Source: the human T2T-CHM13v2.0 reference genome, Homo sapiens
Length of the DNA: 64,000 nucleotides
Reading direction: 5' to 3' (one strand)
NCBI RefSeq assembly: GCF_009914755.1
Contig: NC_060925.1
A program made the translations under genes and the position numbers. The notes under the pieces were generated by a model. It saw only the letters and a program-made list of their open reading frames with translations, was not told where the DNA came from and made no database searches. How positions within the stretch are numbered: position 1 is the stretch's first letter; every line of letters begins with the position of its first letter. Below, piece after piece: positions 1-12,870 of this stretch.

Positions 1-274
1 GGTGAGAAGTGATTCCAAATCCTAACATCTGACCTGGCCACATAAGCCACGACAAATATAGAAGTGGAAAACAAAAGAGGTTATAAGGACCTGTTATAAT
101 TACCTCATCTCATAAAAATCTTCCCACATCAGCATAGCAGTGTGTATTTTAAGAATTCTAATTTGTCTTTGTTTTCTTATCAGGGCTCCTTCTTCATAGG
201 CTGGGGGTGTATACAAAGAGGATAATGGCATTAAACCAGCAAGGAAGTGTTGCTCTCCAGGATAGAATGTACGA

Positions 275-398
275 TTAGTAGATGAGAAACTGAGACTCAT
301 GGAGGTAAAAATAGCTTGGCTTCAGTTACGCAACTAACCAGTTATTGGTACCATAGACCCTGGTTTGACTGAGCCCAAAGCCTCACTCTTTGCACTAT
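275..398 (-). mobile_element. MIR SINE fragment
   Basis: gatgagaaactgagactca...cccaaagcctcactctttgcacta resembles the reverse-strand MIR core; boundaries approximate. Confidence 0.6.
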
Positions 399-1021
399 AA
401 AACTTTATAGAAAGGGCTTAGTGGCTACTCTTTGCTAATTTTAAGGGTGAATTTCTAAAGTCTCTTAAGGATAGCATAATGAGATTATTCCATAGCATAT
501 GTTAATCTATAGCATTGCTCCACATTCTAGAATTTAGATAATCATAATAGTAATCTGTATAACCTCCAATGTTCAGTACTCATATAATATACCAGTTATT
601 CAAGTAACAGCATTACATGAACTATTTCATTTTAATCCTGGAGGTGAAATATTATTACCTCCCACCATGTCTTAAAGAACACTGAAGTTCAGAGAAAAGA
701 AATAACATATTTAAAGTCCTTTAAGTGTTAGACCCTGGACTGATTCCTGTTCAGGAGCTCTCCTGCATTAATTAGGCACTTTTTAGCCAGTTTGACACAC
801 CCCTCTAGTTGATCAGCAGTTTATATGACATTAAAAGGCTTTCAAAAATTCCAAAAAGACTAAAGATCTAAATTACCAAAGACCAAAAAGATCTAAATTA
901 CCAAAATTTCTACAAAATTTAGTAAAAGCAAGAGGAGGCAATCTAATAATCAGACTTCCAATTATATACACAAAGCTCATTTCAAGAAAAATAGAAGAGC
1001 AAACTTCAAATAGTATTCTAC

Positions 1022-1392
1022 TAATATGGTGTGACTGTGTGTCCCCACCCATATCTCATGTCGAATTGTAATTCCAAGTTGTTGGGGAGGCACCTGGTGA
1101 GAGGTGATTGGAGCATGGGGCCAGATTTCCCCCTTGCTGTTTTTGTGATAGTGAGTTCTCATGAAATCTGGTTGTAGCACTTCCCCCTTCTCTTTCTCTC
1201 TCTCTCCTGTCACCATGTGAAGATGTGCCTGCTTCCCCTTTGCCTTTCTGTCATGACTGTAAGTTTTCTGAAGCCTCCTTAGCCATGCTTCCTGTATAGC
1301 CTGTGAAATTTTTAGTCAATTAAACCTCCTTTCTTCATAAATTACCGAGTCTCAGGTAGCTCTTTATAGCAGTGTGAGAATGGACTGATATA
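1022..1392 (+). mobile_element. MSTA-like solo LTR (ERVL-MaLR)
   Basis: Starts taatatggt (consensus TGATATGG) and ends ggactgatata (GGACTAATACA); MST body with aattaaacctc polyA region; 5-bp TSD tctac (1017-1021) / tctgc (1393-1397). Confidence 0.9.
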
Positions 1393-2339
1393 TCTGCTAT
1401 TTGTCACTAGAATATTGGGCACTGTACTATACGTGGGAGAAACAGTGGTGAACAAAGTAAATAATTTCATGAAGTTTTCTGTCAGTGAGATTCAGTGTAC
1501 ACATGTGAAAGACATAAGAATTATGTAACATACCATAGTAATTAAGAAGAATGAAATATATCTATAAATATCAACATGCATAAATTTCAAAAATATGTTG
1601 TTTACAACAGAAATGGTATAATATTTCTGTAAATGAAAAACATACACAGTGCAATACTACATTATTATTAATGTAGTTTGTGTGTGTGTGTTTAAGTATT
1701 AAGAATGAATTTTAAGTATGTAAATCAAACTCATGATAGTGTTTCTCTTACATCAGTGCTGCAAGCAAATAGGACTAGGAATAGAGATCAAAGTAGCCTC
1801 CACACAGAAGAAAACACTGGAAGGAAATGAAATTAAATGTTAATTAATTCTAGGTTGTGGATCATTTTGTTATAGTCTTTGTGATGGTTAATTTTAGGTA
1901 GCAAGGTGACTGGATTAAGCGATGCCTAGATAGCCAGTAAAGCATTATATCTGGGTGTGTCTCTAAAGGTGTTTCCAGAAGATATTGGCATTTGAATCAG
2001 TGGACTGATTAAGGAAGATCCACCTGTACCTGAAGTGAACAGACACCTGCCAATCAGCTGAGGGCCTAGATAGAACAAAAACACAGAGAAAATGTGGATT
2101 TGTACTCTTTTGCCTTTCTTCTTCTGCCCTTGGATATCAGAAATTCAGGTTCTCTGATCTTTGGACTACAGGACTTAAAACAGTGGCCTTCTGCAGTTCC
2201 CAGGCCTTTGGTCTCTGACTGAGAATTGTACCATGCCTTTCCCTGGTTCTGAGGCCTTTGGACTTGGACTGAGCCAGACTACCAGCCTATGATGGGACTT
2301 GTCAGCCTCCAAAATTGCATGAGTCAATTCTCCTATCAA

Positions 2340-2390
2340 CAGTCATCCCTTGGTATATGTGGAAGTTTCAGGGTCAGCCCTGCATAACTC

Positions 2391-2430
<40 letters not shown>

Positions 2431-2860
2431 GGCCCTTTCTATACATGGGTTTCATATCCTGTGAACACTGCATTTTCTTATCTATTTATTTATTTATTGA
2501 TAGTCTTGCTCTGTTGCCCAGGCAGGAGTACAGTGGCATGACCATAATTCACTACAGCCTTGAACTCCTGGGCTCAAATGATCCTCCTGCTTCAGCCTCC
2601 AGATTAGCTGGGACTACAGATGTGTAGTCCCAGCTAAAAATAAAATAATTTCATGTTTTTATTTTTTTGGTGGGGGAGTCTTGCTATATTTCTCAGGCCG
2701 GTCTTGAACTCCTGGCCTCAAGTGATCCTCCTGCCTCAGCCTCCCAAGTACCTGAGATTACAGGCATGAACAGATACTGTATTTTTGACCTGCTTTTGGT
2801 TGGAAAAAAAATTGTGTATATGGACCAGTGCAGTTCAAACCTATGTTGCTCAAGGGTCTA
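2340..2860. mobile_element. MER8 MITE (TcMar-Tigger), split by an Alu
   Basis: cagtcatcccttggtata left end; cagttcaaacctatgttgctcaagggtc right end; internal (TA)n expansion at about 2397-2423. Confidence 0.75.
2478..2772 (-). mobile_element. AluJ
   Basis: Antisense Alu dimer with J-type residues; TSD actgcatttt (2467-2476) / actgtatttt (2776-2785). Confidence 0.9.
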
Positions 2861-2861
2861 T

Positions 2862-2863
<2 letters not shown>

Positions 2864-2898
<35 letters not shown>
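2864..2898. repeat. (TG)n microsatellite
   Basis: Read directly from sequence. Confidence 0.95.
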
Positions 2899-2902
<4 letters not shown>

Positions 2903-4744
2903 AACTCTTTCTGCCTCATTTTGTCTCTGTTTCTCATCTGTCTTTGGATAATGCTAACACCATCTTCTTTATCCTTCTGTGTGTGAGTAAATTTTTCTTA
3001 TTAAATAAATTAGAAAAACGCAGAGTGGAAACACATGACAGTCAGTTTAGGGAAATCTCTGTGGAAAAAGTGATGCTTAATTTAGAACTTACAGGACGAT
3101 AGTAATTTTCTGAGTATAGAAAAAGGAAGTGTGTTACAGATAAATGACTAGCATGTTCAAAAACCTGGAATGAGAATGATCTTGGTTTGTTTAGAGAATT
3201 TCCCCTTCTCTGAATTGCTCTTATACCCCAGATTAGGCTCCAAAATTGAACTAATGGTAGAAGAGAGACAGCAGTAACTTGGCTTGGGAATTCAAGCAGG
3301 GAATTGGCTGGAATTCCTAGGAAGATGTCTACTGGGGGCTTAAGAAGCCTGGGAGTGCTTGCCACATGGCCCTGTACTTGGCCACATTCACTACTGAACA
3401 CCAGTTCAACACAGGGTTCTCTCTGCTGGATGTTACAGGCAAAAACAGCAACTGTGAATAAGAGGGAAGATTTGGGCTATATTCCAGCTGATGTTAACAC
3501 TACAGCATTTTCTCGACTGTCAGATTTAGGCTGGCAGTATTTCAAAGAATGCTTCTTTCTATACCTAAATACAATTTTGCTGATTCACAGGCAAAAGGAT
3601 GTGTACATTAAGGTAATTGTTTTATATTTTCTATTTCTTTTTGGAATCTTTCCTTCCATTCACAAATGATGACAAGGGACGTAACTCCCCACAGGACCCT
3701 GATTCTTCTTTGCAAAATAATGAATCTGCACTGATAGCTGCCTGGGATCAAGGATGTAGTTTTTGACCTTGAGACAGATCCAAATTGTTGGGTTCACATT
3801 CTAGTGCTAACACCCCCGTGTTATAATTCCATTTTTTCAAACTGATTCATATAACTTGAGTGGAGAATGCTTGCTAAGATTTTGAGAAGTGGTTTATAAA
3901 AGGGATGGGTATTCGATGTCTTGTAAAATTACTGATTTAAAGAAAAGTCTAATTGCTACAGAGATATTATTGAGACTTAGGAAATCAGTTTTATAGATTT
4001 GATATGACCAGCCAGAATCACTTTCCAAAAAAGCAAATTGATAGATTCATTGGTTACTTTTTCCTGGTCTAAGCCAGTAAATATTTTTCTGAGATTTAAA
4101 AGTTCACTCCCACTCTTTTATATCATAAGGTATTATATGAATATCAATGGAACTTTGGATTGAGTTCAAAGGCAGGTTCCCAGGAATGAGCCAAATTTAC
4201 ACTAAAAGCAAGGATTTATGCACTTTTTAAATGCCTTAGCAGTACTCAAGAACATTTGAGAGTGGTCATTGTTCCTAGAATGTCCTGTCATGTAGTGAAG
4301 TTTAAAGGACAGTAAGCTCTTTGAACACATAGTATTGTGTAAATGGCACGATGAAAGACAGAAGTTAGCCCAAAAATCTGAACTCTGCCACCTCTGGACT
4401 TTTTGTCTGCAGTGACTGAAAAGTTCCTAAAACTGAGTCAGCAGAGCGTCTTCACTTAATAGCTGACCATTTCTTAAATATCTCACCAGAAAGTATGTTG
4501 TATGGTTGTTGCTGCCAAGAGATCAGAAGTTCCTATCATTCTTGGTATTATAGCTCAAAAAGGGACAAAAGATAAGTGTTATTAAATCCTTCAGAGCTCT
4601 ACATATTTTCCTAGGTTAAAATTTGTCACTGTAATTTCACTCATTTCTGGTTAAAACATTGAAATATTATACATATCTAAATCATCTTATATTTCTCTTG
4701 AGCTCTAGAAAAACATGGTCATCCAGATACTGTAGGAAGGCAGG

Positions 4745-5400
4745 GAAGAGTGGCTCAACTAAGGGATATGAGCTAGACTGCTTGAATTTTAATCCTGCTG
4801 ACATCTTTTAATAGCTGTGTGACTTTGGGAAAGTTAGTAAAGCTCTCAAGATTCTTAGTTCTTTACCTATGAAGTAAGGATAATAATAATATGTCCTCTT
4901 TATCATGTTGTTATGATGATTAAATTATAGTTGAGCTTTAAATGCTGTGGGTTTGAACTGTGTGGGTCCAGTTATATGTGGATTTTCTTCTACCTTGAGA
5001 CAGTAAGCCCAACCCCTCTTCTCTTCCTCCTCCTCCTCAGCCTCAACATGAAGATGATGAAAATGGAGACCTTCATCGTGATCCACTTCTAATTAATGAA
5101 TAGTAAGTATATTTTCTCTTCATTGACAACATTTTTCCTCTTACTTTATTGTAAGAATACAATATACGATATATATTGCCATGCAAAATATGTGTTAATT
5201 GACTATATTATATTATTGATAGGACTTCTTGAGAACAGTGCGCTATCAGTGGTTAAGTTTTGAGGGAGTCAAAAGTTATATGTGGATTTTTCGGCTGCAT
5301 AGGGGTCAGTTCTCTTAACCCTGTATTGTTCAAGGGTCAGCTATAGTTACTATTTGCAAAGTACTTAAAACATTGAGCAGGTAGTAATACAAGTGTTTGA
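4745..5400 (+). mobile_element. MIR interrupted by Tigger2a
   Basis: agctgtgtgactttgggaaagttag...gatgattaaat, resuming as tatttgcaaagtacttaaaaca after 5345. Confidence 0.7.
4928..5343. mobile_element. Tigger2a/MER28-like MITE
   Basis: Terminal inverted repeats tagttgagcttt... / ...ttcaagggtcagcta, TA on both flanks, about 415 bp. Confidence 0.8.
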
Positions 5401-5594
5401 TTTATAACCTTGCCTTGGATATCTCATTGATATCTGTATATATCTTTACATCTATATATCCAAAATTTACTGCATTGTGTTCCCCTCAAATTGGTCTTTC
5501 TCCTATGTTATTTATGCCTCTAAATGACACCTTCACTCCTTAACCTGGTTGCTTAAGTAACACCTCTGATGCCTCGTTTCCTCTCAACTTTTCA

Positions 5595-6109
5595 CCCTTA
5601 TGTTCTTTTAAAATGTGACTTTGTTTTTCCTCTATCAAGAGGTAGAGTCTATTTCCCTTTCCCTAAATCTTGGCAGGCTCTGTAACTTGCTTAATATAGA
5701 GAATAAGGCAGAAGTGGCATTGTATGACTTCTCAGCTTAGACTTTAAGAGGCCTGAAATTGTGCATTTTAATTCTCTTTGAAACATGTCACCATGTAGGG
5801 AGGCTTGGGCCGAACTGGGTGATCAGACATCATACACAGAGAAGGAGCAAGAGAGAGATTACACAGAGGAGGAACAAGGTGTGCAGCGGACAGCCAGTGC
5901 CAAGACCTCAGACACGTGAGTTGTGGAGTCATGTTGCATTTTCTGGCCTTGGTCAAACTGTCCCAGCTGACACCAGGGAAGCAAAAATGGGAGGATTCCT
6001 TTCAACCATGGATGAATTCTTGATCCACAAACTTGTGAGTGATAAAAATAAATTTTATTGTGGGATTAAACCGCTAAGTTTTTGATAGTGTTTATAGGTA
6101 ACTAAAACA
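5595..6109 (+). mobile_element. MLT1G/H-like MaLR LTR
   Basis: tgtgacttt...caagaggtagagtctatttccc; ends aataaattttattg...ggtaactaaaaca; sits inside an L2. Confidence 0.7.
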
Positions 6110-6855
6110 ATCACAAAGTGCTCTCTATTATAACCTTTGAGTATCTCTTAAAATTATCTACCTGTTTTCATCTCTGCCATCCCCAAGATTATAACTTCTC
6201 TCTCTCATAGGTTATTGCAATGTATCTCAACTAGTATTCTGATTTCTTGTTTTGTTCTTCATTAATCTATTCCTATTACACAATGAGGTGATTTTAAAAA
6301 AATTAAAAAATAACTATGTTACTTTTCCTGTTAAAATACTTATTAAAATACCTATACTTAAAATTAAAAAACAATTATGCTACTTTTGCTATTAAAATAC
6401 TTATGAGGTACCCATACTCCCAAGTATGCCTCATAAAAGCCTTCATAATCTGGCTCCTTATTATATCTTCAGGGTTTTTTGTTTCCTTGTTTGTTTTTAC
6501 CTTTTTCTTTGTACTCTATGATTTAACCAGGAAGAAGTTCTTAAAAATGTTAGAACCTGTTCTGTAAATGAAATCTTGCTCATCATTCAGTTCTCAGCTC
6601 AGAAGTTGCTTTCTCCAGGAAAACACTCCTCATTAGGGAAGACTGACTAGAAGCCCCTTCTGTTTCAGCCTGTACCTCCGTGAGATTACACTTATTAGGA
6701 TATCCTTCCCCTTCCGCATGGAACTTTGTTTATTTGCCACTTTCTTACTTGATCCTGATAAATTTGAGAGTAACTCTTACTCATGGTTGTAGCCAGTGAC
6801 TACTAATGAATGGACAGCTAGAAAAGTTCAGTAAACGTTTGTTGAATGTATCAGT
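6110..6855 (+). mobile_element. L2 LINE 3' fragment
   Basis: ctcatcattcagttctcagctc and the L2 tail cagtaaacgtttgttgaatg. Confidence 0.6.
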
Positions 6856-7134
6856 GAATAATATTGTGCCACTTTTCAGATGATGTAATGATTTTTCCAC
6901 AATAATAGAAAAAAATAGCCGTCGATTCTTTTTTAAAACTTGATGGTATGTGTTTGCAAAGAAAGGAAGAGGAGGGTGACAACAGGACCAATCTAAGTTT
7001 TCCAGTCTCAGTTCACCCCTGACCTTTGACATGGGAGGTGAACCACTCTGAGCGTGCCCTGTCTCCTCACTGTTAAATTGGCTGTAATAAGCCAGTAATC
7101 TCTTGTGTACTGCAGAACATGTGGATATTGCAGC

Positions 7135-7420
7135 AAGTTAAAATCAAGATGTCAGCAGGACTGTGTTCCTTTCTGGGGTGTGCATGGGAGAATCCATTTC
7201 CTTGCCTTTTTCAGTTTCTACAGGGCACACATTTTGGCTTGCAGCCTGTTCCTTCCATCTTCTCATTCAATAATGTTGCAACTCACTGATTATTCTTCTA
7301 TATCACATCTCCCTCCTTGATTGCAACCAAGAAATGTTCTCTGTTTTAAGGATTCATGTGACTAGATAGGCACACCTAGATAATCCAGAATAATTTCCCC
7401 ACCCCTGAATCCTCCATATT
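7135..7420 (-). mobile_element. MLT1D-like LTR, partial
   Basis: aaatcaagatgtcagcaggactgtgttcctt...gggagaatccatttccttgcc; paralogous to the adjacent copy. Confidence 0.7.
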
Positions 7421-7432
7421 TACTAAACAGTT

Positions 7433-7941
7433 TACATTCATTTTCTATTGCTGCCATAACAAATTACCACAACTTTAGTGGTTTAAAGCTACAAATTTGA
7501 TATCTTATACTTTCATAGGTCAGAAGTCTGACATGGATCTCACGAGGCTAACCTCAAGAGGCTAACAGGGCTGCATTTCTTTCTGGAGGCTCTAAGGGAG
7601 AATCTGTTTCCTTACCTTTCCCAGCAGATAGAGGTCTCCCACGTTTCTTGGCTCATGACCCCTTTCCTCCATCTTCAAAGCCAGCAACATCACATCTCCC
7701 TGACCTCACTTACACAGTCATTACAGGCGTTCACCGTTCCCAGATGGGAAAGGTTTCTCTGATCTTCAAGACTCATGTGATTAGATTGGGCTCATCTGGA
7801 TAACCTAGGCTAATCTTATCTTGATGTCTTGTGGGCATAGTAACATCTGCAAAATCCCTTTTGCCATGTAGGGTGACATGTTCACAGGTTCCCCAGATTA
7901 GGATGTAAACATTTTGGGGAGTCCATTATTCTGCCTACTAG
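7433..7941 (-). mobile_element. MLT1D-like solo LTR, full length
   Basis: ttttctattgctgccataacaaattaccacaactttagtgg ... cattattctgcctacta, about 505 bp. Confidence 0.85.
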
Positions 7942-8181
7942 AGGTATTCTTTCTATTTTCTATGTTACCGCAGGCAGTAGTTTTTCTCTTTGTCTAGTAT
8001 ACAGCTCAGGTTTCCCTTTCCATAGCTTCCAATACCAATTGCCTTGCTGTCCTTCCAGACTCTACTAAAAATCTTCTCAAGGTCCTTTGGGCTTCTACCA
8101 GTCACCTGTTGCCAAAGTCATTGTCACCAAATGATTTAGGTTTCTATTACAGCATCTACTGGCTATAAACCAAAGATGCAT

Positions 8182-8182
<1 letters not shown>

Positions 8183-8222
<40 letters not shown>
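8183..8222. repeat. (CA)20 microsatellite
   Basis: Read directly from sequence. Confidence 0.95.
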
Positions 8223-8225
<3 letters not shown>

Positions 8226-8289
8226 TACCAAATGGATTTAAGTGCTTAAAACAAAATGATTTAAAGAAAATACAGAAGAGTTTATAATC

Positions 8290-9020
8290 TTTTGATCTAG
8301 AAGCCATAAAGGAAATGCTTAATCATTTCAGTGAATAACATTTCAAAAGTCTGTAGAGCAAAGGCAGTTAGAGAGAAGAGAAAACAGAAGAGAGTCTAGG
8401 AGAAAATGTTTGCTTGATGGATCCCAAATAATAAATTAAGAATTATATATTGTATTTTATAAATTATCACGTGAGGACAGAGGTCAGAGAACAATAGAAA
8501 TGTTTAAGAAAGTTACAAAAGTTGGTCAACATTAATACTTGTTAGTAAAATGCTAATTAAAGCAACATTTTAATTGGGACCCTTCAGGTTAGGGACTTTT
8601 TTAAAAAAAATCAATAAACATCCGATTTTGAGGAGACCTGGGAGGAATGGATACCTTCTGTTACTGGTGGTAAGAAAGTATATTGCTACAACTTTTTGGA
8701 ATTAATTAGAAAACGTTAGAATAGTAATATTCTTTTACCAAGAGTTTCACCAAAGACATATAACACAGCGTCGCATAGTTGCATAAGCATGCACACAAAT
8801 GTAAGTGATTGCTCACACAAGAATGCTCACTGGCAGTGACAACTTCCTCTCTATAACACAGAAATGATTGAAACAGCTTCAATGTCTAACAATCTGAAAA
8901 TTGTTATATTCATTACAATAAATCCACACAATGGTGTAGTCTGTAGCAATAGAAATTTGGGTGGACCTAGATGTAATGACTAAATGTTTCTATGACATTA
9001 TTGAATGAAAAAGCTAGTTG
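8290..9020 (+). mobile_element. Old L1M (L1ME-like) 3' ORF2/UTR fragment
   Basis: A-rich degenerate L1 motifs (tacaactttttgga, aatgtctaacaat, ccacacaatgg); boundaries approximate. Confidence 0.55.
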
Positions 9021-9064
9021 CATATTATTACTACTACTGACACTATTCCCACTACTATATTCAC

Positions 9065-9670
9065 TAGATAAAATTTAGTGAGGATTATTTGTTTGGCACT
9101 TCCCTACATATGTGTCAACTTTGCTTAATCCTTATAACCACCCAGGTGAGAGACATTATTACTATCTTTATACTACTGAAGAGGAAACCAAACACCAAAG
9201 AATTTAAATAAGTTGTCAGGATCACATGACTAGTAGATTTGGAACTGGGATTGAATCCAGGTAATCTGACTACAAAACACACACTTTTTAGTCACCATAG
9301 TATTTATTCATTAACACATCAACTACTTCCACGTGTCAGGCACTCTTCTCAGTGATAGAACATAGTAGTAAATAAACCAGACAAAAAAAAAAATCTGCCT
9401 AGATGAATCTCGTACTCTAGTGAGAACATGACAACAAAAACATAAAATATATGTTATTTATAAGGTGATAAAAACTCTGAAAACAGATAAGCCATGAGCA
9501 AGGATAGGCAGGAAATAGGTATAGGAGAGGAAGTTTCAGTTTTAATAGAGTAATTAGGAAATGTCTTAATAAAAGGAGATGTCTGGATAAGGCCTAAGAG
9601 AGGTAAGGAACTAAGCCTCAGAAATATTTTGAGGAAAAACATTCCAGAAAGAGAGTAAACAGCAAATGCA
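9065..9670 (-). mobile_element. MIR (about 9065-9300) followed by an L2 3' end (about 9300-9670)
   Basis: gaggaaacca...ggattgaatccagg (MIR); tttattcattaaca...gtgtcaggcactcttc (L2 tail, reversed). Confidence 0.65.
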
Positions 9671-9898
9671 AAGTATAGACATGTATAGGTATGAACTCAT
9701 GGAAAGTCAAAACAAAGTAAACAAAAATATATTTGGCATTAGTTATATATGTGTATTTAAATACATACAAATATTCTAGAAGAAAGCATATTAAAGCACA
9801 AAAAGGAACTGTATTTGTAAAAGAAGTGGGATATGGCAGTTGGGTGTGGTTCGTGTGTGTGTGTGTGTGTGTATGAGAGAAAGTAAAAGAGATGAGGG

Positions 9899-10352
<454 letters not shown>

Positions 10353-12379
10353 CTAATTGTGTCATATATATGTACACCAGCACATTTTAAGGTTCATACA
10401 GAAACATAATAGTCTTCTTTAACATGTTCTGTAACACTTTTATAAACAGAAAAATCAAATGCATTTACAAATATGAAGATATAGTGCATGCCTTCAAAAA
10501 AACAATTGAAATAAGCAGCAAAGGAATCAACTGGAATTGCCCTGAAGAGATTCACGGTTTGCCTTCAGTGAAAATGTAGTAGTTTCCCCAGATCATATAT
10601 CAAACTTTTAGTTCAATAATTCACCTTGACATAAGCTACTGTACTTAACAGATCTACTATACATTATGCAGGGCAAAAGGGCAGAAGATTAGGAAAATAC
10701 ACACATCTTGAATTATGTGTGAATATGGGCTGATAAGTTTTAAAAAACGCAACTGACAACATGAATCACATTTAGATCAATATGGCTTGCAAACCTGAAG
10801 GATAATGCTTAAAATCTAATTATCACTAAAAACTGAATGGATCTAGGGAAAATTGAAATTAAAAAAGAAAAATCTATTAAATGACATATAAGGAATTGTT
10901 CATTCTGACATTTATATGTGTATATCTTTTTAGATAGGGTAACAGGAAAAGTGTCTATATAGATATTAGTAGAAAATAAGACATAACGAAAGGGAATTAC
11001 TGTTTTTTACAGAATGAAATTCCAGGCTAAATGCTAAAATGTCTTTTTTTGTTGTTTTAGGATGTGAGGACTTAAGATGTGACACATACAAATAATATAA
11101 TTAATTAATTATCTTCAAGATTAATTCTAGACAAATATAAAACAGAACCTAGAAATAAGTACCATAGTAAGAAAATAACCATTTCTACAAATTTATTTAA
11201 TTTCAAAGAGATCCTGGAAACCAAGAAGCTTCTAACATAATAAAGATATGTTTGAAATACTTAGAGACAGAAACAAACAAAACCCCTTAAACTAGCTTGT
11301 TTCTTATAAAGCATGGAGAAACTTCTGAAATATAAAATATAGGAAGCACAAATATAATGGTAACACACAAGAAGAAGAGGGTAGGTGGTTGTGGATGGAG
11401 GGGATAAAAGGCCATGCCATTTAGGAATTCTTACAGAAGCTTTTTAACTACACAGGCCAGAGAAATGAAGTATTTTATTTTGTCGCATTTTGAGAGAGTT
11501 CCCAGACTTTAAAGACAATTAAAACCCTATTTAGTTTCTTTGTGTGTTGTGTTTTGAGGATAACAAATCCTATAGATGGGTTTACACAGGCAGTTCAAAA
11601 TGGATGTTTTTAATTGAAATATATTGCTTTGTTCCAGCTCAAATTTAAGGTGACAGGATTAATTCTTGTGAGGCCTAAAACAACATTTTACGATCAGATC
11701 TTGGAACAATGAAAAATTCCATGTTATCTTGGCATTAACTGGGAGTTTTTAGATATTATTTTATTTTTATTCAGATAGATCTCTCTTCACTTGACTTGAG
11801 GGCAAAGTAGTGTGTTGGCTCTCCACTTATAAACAACACCCTCCTTTGACAAGCAAAGTAATTCAGACCGCCCTACCCATGTGATCATAGGACTCAGTTG
11901 GCAGGAAATATAAAATTTGAGGAAAATTATTATTGGGTTCCATGGGCTAAAAGAGCCAAACAGCAGCAATCTACTCTTGCTCCGAAATCATTTCTTTCCT
12001 GCTGCAGTCTCCTCCTCATGCTCGTCTGCTCTCCAATCAATCCAAATTGCCCTATTCATGTCATCTCCCTCAGCTGCAGTTCTTAAAAACACATTCTGGC
12101 TGCAAGAAGCAGAGTGAATTCATAAGGAGCCTAGTGCCTTCCCCCACAAGCTCTAGGTTGAGGAATAGGCTATTGCTAACTGAGGAGAGACATTTTCCTG
12201 GCTTTTTGGGCAAGCGATACTGATCATATTGCTTTCATGGGTAATACAACTTGACGAGTGGGTTTGGTTGGGCTAGGACCAGAATGGGGACCAAGAGAAT
12301 TTTTTTCCCTAAGTGCATGGAGACAGCACTTTGGCAGTCACACTCCTGTAGCTTCTATTAAGGCACATGCAAGACCTGT

Positions 12380-12870
12380 TGTCTGTCAGCATTTTTCTGT
12401 CCGCAAATGACAGAAACTCACCTCAAAGTCACTTTAGAAAATGGGGTAACAGAAATACCAAATTAAATAAACTGTGGAGCAACCAAACCTGGAGGAAGAA
12501 GGAATTGGGGTGGCTTCTGAGACTTCAGGGACTCAGAATTCTCTTTGTCTTTCTGGTCTCTCTGCTTTTTGTTGTATGTTGCCCTTGTCCTCCCAAAACA
12601 GCTTTTCACTTGAGCCAGAACTACAGCTACTTAAAGCTCCAGACTTACTCACAACTGCCTAGCATGGCTTCCTGAGAGGGAAAGCTCCTCTTCTATTACT
12701 TCTAATTTGGAAAATGTTATGGAAAGTCTCTGATTGACCCAGCCTGAGACCAATCACTGGCTGAGGAGAAGAGTATGTAACAGTTCCCATTCCCACATGT
12801 GACAGTATAGTGTGGAATCTGAAGATCAATTCAGATCTCATTAGAGAGGCTTGGCAGACAAAATAATAAA
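12380..12870 (-). mobile_element. Old MaLR (MLT1J-N-like) LTR remnant
   Basis: gcaaatgacagaaactcacctcaaa and tctgattgacccagcctga motifs; heavily diverged. Confidence 0.4.

Larger units (their letters stand above)
1880..2958 (+). mobile_element. MLT2-family LTR (ERVL), interrupted by MER8 and an Alu
   Basis: tgtgatggttaatttt start, ctgggtgtgtct and gaatcagtggactg motifs of MLT2; a degenerate 3' end resumes after the (TG)n. Confidence 0.75.

Noticed and set aside
3042-3669. Overlapping 119-aa and 121-aa ORFs in unique DNA
   Set aside because: Non-ATG starts, no recognisable domain and no splice support; lengths compatible with chance
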